64,000 bases of DNA, from NCBI GenBank assembly GCA_965248755.1, contig OZ252149.1, positions 1,216,001 through 1,280,000 of the forward strand, read 5' to 3'. The notes under the pieces are model-generated. The model saw only the letters and a list, made by a program, of their open reading frames with translations. It was not told the origin of the DNA and searched no databases. The DNA is from Candidatus Latescibacterota bacterium. Lineage in GTDB: Bacteria > Latescibacterota > CBDEFO01. Below, piece after piece: positions 39,788-48,754 of this stretch (its first letter is position 1; each line of letters opens with the position of its first letter). The position numbers and the translations under genes are program-made.

Positions 39788-39958
39788 TTAATCCTTTAAT
39801 CGTCGGGCAGATTTAAATTCCTTTAGGCGATTCATTTTGCCCACGTACTTTGCAATCCAAGGATTAAGGAAACCGTGCTTTTTACCACACTCAGCTGCTC
39901 TTGATTTGAGTTGGTAAAAAGATGCACAATGCTCACATTTGAATAGAACTTTTACCAT
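39788..39958 (-). CDS. Small Zn-finger protein (56 aa)
   Basis: Manual translation MVKVLFKCEHCASFYQLKSRAAECGKKH...; GAGGA RBS. Below the ORF-track cutoff. Confidence 0.6.
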   Translation of the reverse strand: MVKVLFKCEHCASFYQLKSRAAECGKKHGFLNPWIAKYVGKMNRLKEFKSARRLKD

Positions 39959-40049
39959 TCGTCATTCCTCTTTTTTGTAGATTGAAGAATACATTAGATC
40001 ACCCAAACTCTTAAACAACCCCATCTATCTGATTTCTACAATACAGCCA

Positions 40050-40313
40050 TTAGGACACTCCTACCTTGAACTTCTTTGAGGTTTCATACCCTCCTTTAGA
40101 AATATGTTTTTGAATCTTCTTCCAAATAGGATTGTCATAATCAATTTCGTTTCCATCTTTCTCCATATTCACCAACTCCTTGTGCTCATATCCCATGTTC
40201 GCGTCATAGGTTTTGCTGATTCTTATTTCATATTCCTCTCCATCATCGTCTATGTATGTTGCAGTTGACCATTCTGAATAGCTCTGAAGCTCTACATTTT
40301 CGATCTTTCCCAT
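40050..40313 (-). CDS. Acidic hypothetical protein
   Basis: AGGAG RBS; co-oriented in the ssb operon. Confidence 0.65.
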   Translation of the reverse strand: MGKIENVELQSYSEWSTATYIDDDGEEYEIRISKTYDANMGYEHKELVNMEKDGNEIDYDNPIWKKIQKHISKGGYETSKKFKVGVS

Positions 40314-40348
40314 CGCTCTACTCCTTTGTTAAGAGGAAATACTTTTCG

Positions 40349-40948
40349 CTACCTCGTTTTTCCATTTACTTCTTTAGTCAACTTCTTGATGATGCTGCCA
40401 CACTGGTCATAAGACAAATCCCCAAGTGCAGCGCCATATTTTTCTTTAATTAGAGGTTCAACCTGCTCCTCGCTCACTCCCATCTGCCTAATCATCTTTA
40501 CAATGGCTCTCTTCTGATTTTCGGTAACTCTGTTGTTGGTATCTTTTCTTTCCTCACTTCGCTTTCTATTAGGTATATGTTGATTGTCTCCTTCGTGAAT
40601 ATCACCGAGTTCTTCCAAAGAGGTAATGCCAATATTACAGGCAAAGCGAAGAGCCCTTGCAACTGCTCTTGTCTCTGCCATACGAATTATATGAGGAGCT
40701 ATCATACTGTTGACATTCTTTGAGTTGGCATCTCCTGTACCGCTAAACGTTCCTTTGTCTGTTTTGACCACAGCTCTGACAACAGCAGTATGGTCATTCC
40801 CATCATCCGGAAACTGTTTAACTTCAGTATCTACAAGGCACAGTCCTTCCTGATGAGCTACATCCAGCAGACCCTCAAAAATCACAAAGTCCTTGTCCCC
40901 TATATGCTTGATAAGCCGAGGGTCTATCTTATCTATCTTGCCAGACAT
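40349..40948 (-). CDS. Putative Rad52/Sak-like ssDNA-annealing protein
   Basis: GLLDVAH, FSGTGDA, MAETRAVARALR and EEL motifs; C-terminal T-E-N-Q helical domain; adjacent to ssb. Confidence 0.65.
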   Translation of the reverse strand: MSGKIDKIDPRLIKHIGDKDFVIFEGLLDVAHQEGLCLVDTEVKQFPDDGNDHTAVVRAVVKTDKGTFSGTGDANSKNVNSMIAPHIIRMAETRAVARALRFACNIGITSLEELGDIHEGDNQHIPNRKRSEERKDTNNRVTENQKRAIVKMIRQMGVSEEQVEPLIKEKYGAALGDLSYDQCGSIIKKLTKEVNGKTR

Positions 40949-40949
40949 C

Positions 40950-41135
40950 TCAACACCCCTTTCCAGGTTTCTCATCCTTCGATAAAACACAATCTGTATC
41001 TGTGAGATGGCCCATAACGTGAACCTCGAAGACAACATAGCACATATTGCAGACTCCGTTGTTGCACGTATAGGCATACCTCTGTTTTTCTACTTCTACT
41101 TCCTTAGCTGTCCATCCACAACAGGGACACAACAT
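40950..41135 (-). CDS. Small Cys-rich Zn-ribbon protein
   Basis: CPCCG...CNNGVC; GGGGTGA RBS. Confidence 0.55.
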   Translation of the reverse strand: MLCPCCGWTAKEVEVEKQRYAYTCNNGVCNMCYVVFEVHVMGHLTDTDCVLSKDEKPGKGC

Positions 41136-41156
41136 AACTCTTCACCCCTTCTGAAA

Positions 41157-41190
41157 ATGAAAAAGAGGAGAAGCAGTTAGCCTCCCCTCT
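41157..41190 (-). terminator. Hairpin terminator after ssb
   Basis: Minus strand AGAGGGGAGGC/GCTTCTCCTCT followed by a T-run. Confidence 0.55.
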
Positions 41191-41213
41191 CTGTAGTGGA
41201 ATACTATAGCTGA

Positions 41214-41615
41214 CTAAAAAGGCAAGTCCTCCTCTTCCTTTTCTTGGCTTTCTTCTTCTCCATCTTTACTAACCTTATCGAGGAACTGAACAGAATCAGC
41301 CTGAACTTCCAGGTTAGTTCTCTTATTACCATTGGAATCCTCCCACTGCTGACTCTTGAGCCTCCCTTCGACATAGACTGAATTGCCCTTTGACAGATAT
41401 TGGTTGCAGTTCTCTGCCAATTTGCTCCACACAACAACAGAAAGAAAGCTTACCTCTTGCTGCCACTCTCCCTGGTTGTCCTTGTAGGAACGGTTGGAAG
41501 CAATTCCCATTTTGAGAACTGGTGTCCCACCTGAAGTATGCTTCAACTCCGTATCGTGAGTCAATCTGCCTGTGATGACAACACGGTTGATGCTTGGAAG
41601 ACGTAAATCTGACAT
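41214..41615 (-). CDS. ssb: Single-stranded DNA-binding protein
   Basis: INRVVITGRLT, KGNSVYVEGRL and acidic DLPF tail; AGGAGG RBS before ATG 41615. Confidence 0.95.
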   Translation of the reverse strand: MSDLRLPSINRVVITGRLTHDTELKHTSGGTPVLKMGIASNRSYKDNQGEWQQEVSFLSVVVWSKLAENCNQYLSKGNSVYVEGRLKSQQWEDSNGNKRTNLEVQADSVQFLDKVSKDGEEESQEKEEEDLPF

Positions 41616-42048
41616 AGCAACCTCCTTATAGTAAGTGTTGAAAGTAAAGAATCTAAGATCACAAAAAACTATAAACATACCATTTCGCTCAGGGTGCTCA
41701 TCGTCGCAGATGAATTCTTGTTTCTGCTTATGCTGCTTCTGGAGCTTTTCTTAACCCCGTTGATGTTTTCTTTAAGGAATTGCAGTTTGTCTTCAATCTG
41801 AGAAAAATAGAATAGTTGGATGGTTTTGATTATTTACAAGACTATTTACCTTTACGGTAAAGTAGACATTTATTGACCTTTGTTAATATAATCTTTATCT
41901 TTCTTCAATTCATATTTTTGTTATCTGTGTTTGCTGGGTGGTACCTGTAGCGACAGCTGGTCCTACCTATGAAGCCGTGATCCTTCCCATTCATAGACCT
42001 GTGTAGTGCGGAATTCATATCACAACCAAGAAGCAAGGAGAAAGGAAT

Positions 42049-42789
42049 ATGAAAATTGAACAAACAACTTCGTCCACAGTTACAAAACTCTGGACAGACT
42101 TGGAATCACGTGTACAGCAATCGAAGTGTCTGGAGGAAGCCGCCCAAGAGTTGGCCACTGCGCTGCATACACAGTTCGATGAGTCAGTTGTTATCACCCG
42201 AGTCTTTGTGACTGTTCCTTTTGACGCCTTGCCGTCGACGAACAAGGAATTTGTTCAGAAACTGGCTGAGTCGGCTGGGGCAGTATCCGAGTTGAAGACA
42301 ACCACCCCTGTGCTCTCGCTTATCGGGACCCATGGCCAGGAGGAGGACTGGTGTGACCGCCGTAAGTCGAAAGGTCATGTGGGAATTCCGTTGATTTCCT
42401 CGTCCTTCGTCGGCGCTATTCCGATGATCTCCCGTCTGATCAGAGAACTTGGTATACCTCTGGACTGGGTCGACAGCCACGATGAAGAAATCATAATAGA
42501 AACTATAGGAAATTCGGTGGGTTTGTTTTTCGTAGAAAACGCTGCCGAAGCCACAGATCACGAGGGTAGGAAGATAATTGCGGCACAAGACTTTGTTTCT
42601 GACTATAACGTGAAAAGCGTTTTTGGCACTGGAGGAGCGTATTCTAGCGGTCAGATGATTGTGATCGTTGTATTCTGCCGTGATGTCTTTTCACGAGCCA
42701 CTGCCGAGCGTTTCCTTGCACTAGCGAACTTGTTCCAGAGCAAGACCGCCTCCCTCGTTGAAACCAAGAAAATTTTCTCCGATGGGTAG
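42049..42789 (+). CDS. Hypothetical protein (possibly GAF-like fold)
   Basis: Clean ORF with AGGA RBS; no motif confidently recognised. Confidence 0.7.
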   Translation: MKIEQTTSSTVTKLWTDLESRVQQSKCLEEAAQELATALHTQFDESVVITRVFVTVPFDALPSTNKEFVQKLAESAGAVSELKTTTPVLSLIGTHGQEEDWCDRRKSKGHVGIPLISSSFVGAIPMISRLIRELGIPLDWVDSHDEEIIIETIGNSVGLFFVENAAEATDHEGRKIIAAQDFVSDYNVKSVFGTGGAYSSGQMIVIVVFCRDVFSRATAERFLALANLFQSKTASLVETKKIFSDG

Positions 42790-42901
42790 AGGGTCAAGCT
42801 CTACAAGCCGTATCTTGACCTGTGAATGCCTCAAGGTGTGAGGAAACTTCAACCACACGAGGGAGTACTATATCTGATCAGGTTCAAAGAAGGCAATAAT
42901 A

Positions 42902-43015
42902 TCACTCTTTTCCAGCCTCATCACCTCCTGCTATCCTGATATTCTCACACCGGTCGCAAACATTGTAAGCAAACCAACAGCTTTCAGGGTCAAAACCGCA
43001 ATACTTGCACTTCAT
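42902..43015 (-). CDS. Micro Zn-finger protein (37 aa)
   Basis: MKCKYCG...VCDRCE with AGGAGG RBS; followed by a truncated ORF with GGAGGTG RBS. Confidence 0.5.
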   Translation of the reverse strand: MKCKYCGFDPESCWFAYNVCDRCENIRIAGGDEAGKE

Positions 43016-43274
43016 TTACTTTACCTCCTACTTTAGCTGACTTAAAGCCAACCAACATATTTAATTCTTTAACTCAAGGTCTGCTTCAGTTTTATGTGAT
43101 TTTAGCTCACCCGATAAACAGGCTGAAGATAGCGAAAATTACAATAAATCAGAATTGTGCTTGGCCACAAAAGACTGTCCCGAGCTTTGCTCGTTCCTTC
43201 TGGCTGAGTTCTTATCTTTTCATAGTAAAACCGCAAGGCTATTTTTTGAGCTACTCTAAGATTACAGAGTCCTT

Positions 43275-43694
43275 CTAACTCTTATCAAGATGTATCAACA
43301 AATCCCTAGAAGATAAACGGATCATATCGACATGAGGATTCTTACTCAGACTTCTTGCCATATCAGCCGGAATCCTGAAGATATAATTGTCTCCATCAAA
43401 GCTAAGAGATCTCCTTATCACAGTGTAATGGCTTAGCTCTGAAAACAGTCTTGATAGTATCAATGCCCTGTCTAATTTTCTTCCCTCTTCAAAATTCAAA
43501 TACTCCTTCTTGCATTTTATACATCTGAAGACATTTAGCTTAACACTTAAAGGACTGTTGGGCATACCCATCTCTCTCGCTATTTTCTTCATTCTTTTGT
43601 AGCACTTATCACAGTGCAATGACTTAGCTCTGAAAGCTTCTTTCCCAAATGTAAATTCTGCGTCTTCCAGTTTTTCAATATCCAATTCTTTCAT
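43275..43694 (-). CDS. Putative antitoxin: YgiT/MqsA-type Zn finger plus AbrB-like C-terminus
   Basis: CDKC...FRCIKC and RRSLSFDGDNYIFRIP; 1 bp from the toxin gene. Confidence 0.7.
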   Translation of the reverse strand: MKELDIEKLEDAEFTFGKEAFRAKSLHCDKCYKRMKKIAREMGMPNSPLSVKLNVFRCIKCKKEYLNFEEGRKLDRALILSRLFSELSHYTVIRRSLSFDGDNYIFRIPADMARSLSKNPHVDMIRLSSRDLLIHLDKS

Positions 43695-43695
43695 T

Positions 43696-43971
43696 CTATC
43701 GCCTTCTTGAGCTTCTGTAAGTTTTGATCTGTTTTCTTGAGGGAGGATAAGCAGTCATTATCTTAGCTTCATTTGTTTCAGCATTGTATTCAAAAAATAT
43801 TGTTAAATACCTTTTCCATAAGCCTATTGCAAGATATTGGTTTCCACTTACCTTCTTGAATATAGCTTTGTCCTTCAGTAACACTTTCTCAATTTCATCT
43901 GATAACACTGAGTGTTTCTTATAAATCTTTACAACAATTTCCGGCTCTATCTTCACTGCTTTTATTAACAA
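43696..43971 (-). CDS. BrnT-like (RelE-fold) toxin
   Basis: KH.V...EIE, YLAIG, RYLTIFF and IMTAY motifs. Confidence 0.78.
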   Translation of the reverse strand: MLIKAVKIEPEIVVKIYKKHSVLSDEIEKVLLKDKAIFKKVSGNQYLAIGLWKRYLTIFFEYNAETNEAKIMTAYPPSRKQIKTYRSSRRR

Positions 43972-44039
43972 TCTTATCCCCTCTAAATCTGTAGGGCAAA
44001 CTTATATTTAAATGTTCTTTTCCTCCACTGTGTTTATCC

Positions 44040-44125
44040 CTTTCCCCAAGTTTATCTCCAGGCGAAATCACTTCATTTCCAATGATTCTGACTGATTTAA
44101 GCCTGAAATCTGTGAAATCACTCAA
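44040..44125 (-). pseudogene. Relic fragment paralogous to the ATPase gene at 54693-56045
   Basis: Identical 20-mer CTGAAATCTGTGAAATCACT at 44103 and 55318, plus AAGTTTATCTC at the same 55-bp offset; protein SDFTDFxLK...DKLxxRxK in both. Confidence 0.75.
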
Positions 44126-44350
44126 AGTCCTCCAGAATCCTACATGACATCCAAACTCTTAATTTTGTTAATACTTTCTTTAAGGTATTGTAACTTGTTT
44201 TCAATTTGAAAAAAGTCAAAAAAGCTTGAATGTTTTCTCTGTCTCAGGTATCTATAGTATGACAGTGGTATTAATTTCTCATAGTATTTGTAGAATGATT
44301 GATAAATACTAAATATTTGTAAGATATATATATTATCATCAAAAAAAAGC

Positions 44351-44379
44351 TTGACAAAGAGTTGGAATTGTAGTACAAA
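44351..44379 (+). promoter_or_regulatory. Sigma70 promoter of the secreted-protein operon
   Basis: TTGACA-N17-TACAAA preceded by an A-tract. Confidence 0.55.
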
Positions 44380-44477
44380 GTTGAAATGTCAGATGCAATC
44401 GAGAAGACGTATATATTCTAGTAGAAGAAAAAAGAATTTCTTATGAAGTAGTAACCCTATAAAAGAAGGAGGGTTCG

Positions 44478-45146
44478 ATGGTTCGCAAAATTTATTTCAC
44501 GGGATTTTTGATGCTAGTAACGTTTGTTGGAGTAGTGCAGGGAGACGAAATGCCAGTATTGGTGTTATATGAAGGTGATAACTTAGTATTACTATCAGTA
44601 GTAAATGAGGGAGAAATGGCTTTAAAGGGAGTAGGGGTTGAAGTGAGAGCGAAAGATCTACCCGAGTGGGTTCAGATCGGAGAAGCAGTGAAGCGGATAG
44701 ATATACCTAAAACGTCTACTGGAACAGAAAAGCTGGTGATTCCCATGTTTGTGGAGGGAAAAATGGTGGGTGAAACCTTCGAGCTACAAATAGTGTTGAG
44801 CGTTGCAGATGGCCGTACGTGGACGTTCGAGGTGTTGGTAGAGATTAAAAAGGCTCGTCCAAAGTCCTTCGCGCTTATGCAGAACGCACCTAATCCGTTC
44901 AATCCAGTCACAGTGATTCAGTATACATTGGGAGGAAATCAAACTGTTCCCACGCAATTGAAGATATTCAACATTACGGGCCAGAAGATACGGACATTGG
45001 TGAATGAGCCCCAAGGGCCAGATTATTACTCCGTTATATGGAATGGCTTAGATGATCAGGAACAGAAGGTTTCCAGCGGGGTGTATTTCTTCAAACTATC
45101 TGCAGGAAAGTTTGTAAAGACAAGGAAGATGGTGTTGCTGAAATAA
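44478..45146 (+). CDS. Secreted protein with a FlgD-Ig / T9SS-like C-terminal sorting domain
   Basis: Signal peptide; QNAPNPFNP...IFNITGQKIRTLV...WNG...SSGVYF...KMVLLK. Confidence 0.88.
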   Translation: MVRKIYFTGFLMLVTFVGVVQGDEMPVLVLYEGDNLVLLSVVNEGEMALKGVGVEVRAKDLPEWVQIGEAVKRIDIPKTSTGTEKLVIPMFVEGKMVGETFELQIVLSVADGRTWTFEVLVEIKKARPKSFALMQNAPNPFNPVTVIQYTLGGNQTVPTQLKIFNITGQKIRTLVNEPQGPDYYSVIWNGLDDQEQKVSSGVYFFKLSAGKFVKTRKMVLLK

Positions 45147-45164
45147 ATGAAAAGGAGGATTAAG

Positions 45165-47087
45165 ATGAACTGGAAGATAAGTATAGTAGCTTTCGCTCTT
45201 GCACTTTCGTTCCCTTTTTCAGTCTGGTCCAATGTTGTTGGAACAACTTTCTCCACCATTTTGGTAGAAGATCCAAAGATTACTCTAGATGGGGATTTAG
45301 CAGACTGGGACAAGATAGGGTTAGAGGCAGTCAATATTGAACATTTCTGGTATGGACCAAAAGCAGATGCGGCAGACATTTCGGGAAACTTCCGGACTTT
45401 TGTGGATAAGCATCACTTGTATATAGGTGTCAAGGTAAGCGACGACCTGGTGTGCTCAGGCACTACATGGGGCAGAGAAGGGTTTCAGGATGATGTTGTG
45501 GAGGTGTCTTTTAATGGGGATCTGGACGGGAACGTACAAGTGTTGCGGGGGAGAGAGAAGGACTATTTCGATCTCAACGACGGGGAGATACGGATTGTGA
45601 TGGACGCACCGGGAAAGGTTCATCTGGAAGGTTCAGGCGTTTTTTTCTATCCCGTGCCAGATCCCTATGATCAGGAGATTCCGTATACATGGGAGCTTTT
45701 AGGAGTAGAGGCAGGAGTTAAGCAGACAGATACCGGATATACAGTTGAAGTGCGTATACCAAAAGAAGTATTAGGTTTAAGGCAATTCGTTCAAGGAACT
45801 CAAATCGGTTTGAATGTGAGAATTGTAGATGATGATGATGGGGGAGAACGTGATAATGTATTAAGTTGGATTAGGTATAAGGAAACCGAGAGTGGGTATC
45901 CCTACGAGGTCGTACAGATGGGAACCGAGAGTGGGGGTCCCTACGGGGTGGTACAGATAGAAGGTGTTACAGAGTCTTCGGAGATGGTAGACTTAGTCGT
46001 CGGGAAGGTGAAAGTAGAACAAGGTTCACAGGAGCTGGTGGTGACCATGGAGCCGCAGGAGGACTTAGAACTTCAGGATATTTATGGCCTTATCTCCGAA
46101 GGCAAGATAACTGAAGCTCAGGCCAAATTGGAGGAATGGGCTCTGATCCATAAGGAGGATACGCAAAGAATACGGGCTTTGTATCTTCTGGGCAGATTTT
46201 ATTGGCAGTCTGGACAGTATGAGAACGTGATTCAGACAATGGAAAGACTTGTGAGGCTTTCATCATCAGAGATTGTAAGATGCTATGCTCTACAGGTGAT
46301 GGGCAATGCGTATGATGCCGTGGGGGAATATCAAAAAGCTATTACGAGTTGTGAGCGGATACTCAATATTGTAGACTCAGGTTCATATGTGGCAAAGTAT
46401 GCGACCGTAGAAATGGGGCTATATAAGATCAAACTGGGAGAATATGAGCAAGGCTTTAAGCTGTATGAGGAGGCTTGGAAGGAAAGAGAAGGTTCCCGAC
46501 TAACAGTGTTTGGAGATGCTTATCAAGGACAGGGAATATATAATGATGCCATTTACCGATATGAAAAAGATGTCGTAGAAACAGTGCATCCAAAGATAGA
46601 ACTGGTAGGATACGAGCAAGCTGCTAAGACTGCTAAGATGTATAAAGAGGCTTGGGAGGCTTTGGGAGAAAGAAAAGATTCCCCTGGAAATAGCGGGAGA
46701 CTAATTCTATTCGCATTGGGACAAGTTTATGAGGGGCAGGGAAGATACAAGGATGCCATTTCCCAATATCATAAAGTAGCCGAGTTATATCCCAACGTTG
46801 CAGCATTGGCTCAATATCATATAGGCTTCAATTACTGGAAGCTCGTAGAGTTTGATCTTGCTATCATGCAGTTTGAAAAGGTACTGGATAATTATCCAGA
46901 GTTTCAGGTTCACAAAGCCTCCCAAGCCTCCATAGCCCGACTCTTATTAGCAAAGCTCTATGCCCGGAAAGGAGATCCGAGAGCCAGGAAACATGCTCAG
47001 AAATTTATAGATCATTTTCCCAACAGTGAACCTGGCAGTTGGATGTATAATTCTCGGATTGATATGTTAGAAATCCTGAACAGGTAG
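45165..47087 (+). CDS. Secreted CBM9/DOMON-like domain plus TPR protein
   Basis: Signal peptide; ITLDGDLADW, LYIGVKVSDD, GYTVEVRIP, DDDDGG; C-terminal TPRs. Confidence 0.82.
   Translation: MNWKISIVAFALALSFPFSVWSNVVGTTFSTILVEDPKITLDGDLADWDKIGLEAVNIEHFWYGPKADAADISGNFRTFVDKHHLYIGVKVSDDLVCSGTTWGREGFQDDVVEVSFNGDLDGNVQVLRGREKDYFDLNDGEIRIVMDAPGKVHLEGSGVFFYPVPDPYDQEIPYTWELLGVEAGVKQTDTGYTVEVRIPKEVLGLRQFVQGTQIGLNVRIVDDDDGGERDNVLSWIRYKETESGYPYEVVQMGTESGGPYGVVQIEGVTESSEMVDLVVGKVKVEQGSQELVVTMEPQEDLELQDIYGLISEGKITEAQAKLEEWALIHKEDTQRIRALYLLGRFYWQSGQYENVIQTMERLVRLSSSEIVRCYALQVMGNAYDAVGEYQKAITSCERILNIVDSGSYVAKYATVEMGLYKIKLGEYEQGFKLYEEAWKEREGSRLTVFGDAYQGQGIYNDAIYRYEKDVVETVHPKIELVGYEQAAKTAKMYKEAWEALGERKDSPGNSGRLILFALGQVYEGQGRYKDAISQYHKVAELYPNVAALAQYHIGFNYWKLVEFDLAIMQFEKVLDNYPEFQVHKASQASIARLLLAKLYARKGDPRARKHAQKFIDHFPNSEPGSWMYNSRIDMLEILNR
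45882..45959 (+). repeat. In-frame 39-bp tandem duplication
   Basis: ETESGYPYEVVQM / GTESGGPYGVVQI. Confidence 0.85.
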
Positions 47088-47096
47088 TTCTAAATT

Positions 47097-47651
47097 ATGA
47101 TGAAACATCATGTGCCGAATGTCCTGTTAGTGTCTTTAGTTATAGTAATTTTAGGGGGGGCTCTGGTCGGTGTAGTGTTTCTTGCGAAGGAAAATTTTAA
47201 CTTACGGCATAGAGCTCAGAACGGACCTCTAAAAATTGGTGATAAGGCCCCCAACTTTGAGCTGTGGGATATGGATGGTAAAAAGGTAAACCTGGAAGGA
47301 CTCAAAGGTAAAAGCGTTCTGCTTTACTTTTTTACCACCGGATGTGGTATCTGTAAGAGAACAGCACCCTATTGGGAAAGGGTTTTGGAATGGCATAAAG
47401 ATAAGGAACTAGTATTGTATGGGATATGTTCTTCAGACGTGCTATCCACAAAAGACTTTCTCACGGAGACACAGGTTTCGTTTTCGGCTCTTTATGATCC
47501 AGAAGGAGAAGTGGAGAGAAAATACAAAGTGAGCAGATCTTCTCAAGGTTTCTTGATTAACAAGAATGGTGAGTTGGTGTTTATCGAAGATGAGAGCATG
47601 TCGGTTGAAGATGCTATAATACAAGTTGATCGCCTGTTGGAGAAGATATGA
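47097..47651 (+). CDS. Membrane-anchored TlpA/ResA-like thiol-disulfide oxidoreductase
   Basis: TM anchor, GDKAPNFEL, CGIC (CxxC), LINKNG. Confidence 0.88.
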   Translation: MMKHHVPNVLLVSLVIVILGGALVGVVFLAKENFNLRHRAQNGPLKIGDKAPNFELWDMDGKKVNLEGLKGKSVLLYFFTTGCGICKRTAPYWERVLEWHKDKELVLYGICSSDVLSTKDFLTETQVSFSALYDPEGEVERKYKVSRSSQGFLINKNGELVFIEDESMSVEDAIIQVDRLLEKI

Positions 47652-48754
47652 AGAACTGGTGTATACAAATCTTAGGTGTACGGGGAAGGCTCTTTTATTC
47701 CTTGACTATCTTTATAATAATGCTCAACGTCGTCATTCTGTGGCTGTTTTTCCATAATGCTACTTTAAGGAAAGAAGTTGGAGCTTCCCCAGTAGTAAGG
47801 TCATCGGGCAGACTACAGAATAATGTAGCAAATGGTGATGCTGCTCCCGAGTTCCAAGCCAGGGACCTGGCGGGTAAGTCCCTGGACACGAAAGATTTGA
47901 AGGGAAAAGTAATACTTATGCTGTTTTTTGATCCATCAGGGAAGAGGTTTTCTTCTCATATTCAGGCTGTCTGGTATGCAAATGTATTGCTGCACAAGTA
48001 TAATCAGCACCTTGCTGTCATCGGCATTTCTTCAGGAACACTGGAGCAGACACAGACCCTGCGACAGAAATTAGGCGTTAGCATTTCGATCATACCTAAC
48101 CAAGGTAAGGAAATCCATGACTTATATGGTGTTCCTTCATATTCTCGAGGTTTTGGAAGTACTATACTTATCGATAGGAATGGGATTGTTCGCTATTCTT
48201 CTACCTATCCAACCGATACAGATTTTACACGCCAACTGGTTGAAGTACAAGTTTTAGGATCTGCAAATACGTTGCTCTATTCAAACCTGCAAGAGTTCTT
48301 TCGGAAGGGTAGACAACTGGAAACGATCAATCTGTTTGATGCTGAGAAAAACTTTTTGCTTTCCGATCTTTACGGCCAGAGGCTCTATATCGCGTTCTTT
48401 GGAACACTTTGTTCACCTTGTGTGGATACCCGGCTTACATACCAATTAAACAAAGCCGCTGAAATGGGAGCTAAAGTAATTGGAATCACCGGTACATCTG
48501 AGACTCTGGAGCGTATATCTCAGTTCAGAAAGATGGAAGGTCTAAAGTTCCCCATTTTTCAGACCTCAGATCCGATAATTATGGAACTAAACTACATAAG
48601 CAGAAATGAGATTCTCACCTATCCCTTCTTCATAGCCACTGACCAATCCGGAGTGGTAGTTCTGAACCAGGTAGGAGATCTCAAGCAGGGGAATTCACTT
48701 AGCGATATCTTGAGTTTCATACAGCGCAACACCGAAGAGGAGGATAAATTATGA
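47648..48754 (+). CDS. Membrane-anchored tandem redoxin-domain protein
   Basis: TM anchor; first AhpC/TSA-like domain lacks CxxC, second has CSPC. Confidence 0.8.
   Translation: MKNWCIQILGVRGRLFYSLTIFIIMLNVVILWLFFHNATLRKEVGASPVVRSSGRLQNNVANGDAAPEFQARDLAGKSLDTKDLKGKVILMLFFDPSGKRFSSHIQAVWYANVLLHKYNQHLAVIGISSGTLEQTQTLRQKLGVSISIIPNQGKEIHDLYGVPSYSRGFGSTILIDRNGIVRYSSTYPTDTDFTRQLVEVQVLGSANTLLYSNLQEFFRKGRQLETINLFDAEKNFLLSDLYGQRLYIAFFGTLCSPCVDTRLTYQLNKAAEMGAKVIGITGTSETLERISQFRKMEGLKFPIFQTSDPIIMELNYISRNEILTYPFFIATDQSGVVVLNQVGDLKQGNSLSDILSFIQRNTEEEDKL

Noticed and set aside
43919..44125. 68-aa ORF as a real gene
   Set aside because: It is a relic of the ATPase gene running into the toxin promoter; reported as a pseudogene fragment.
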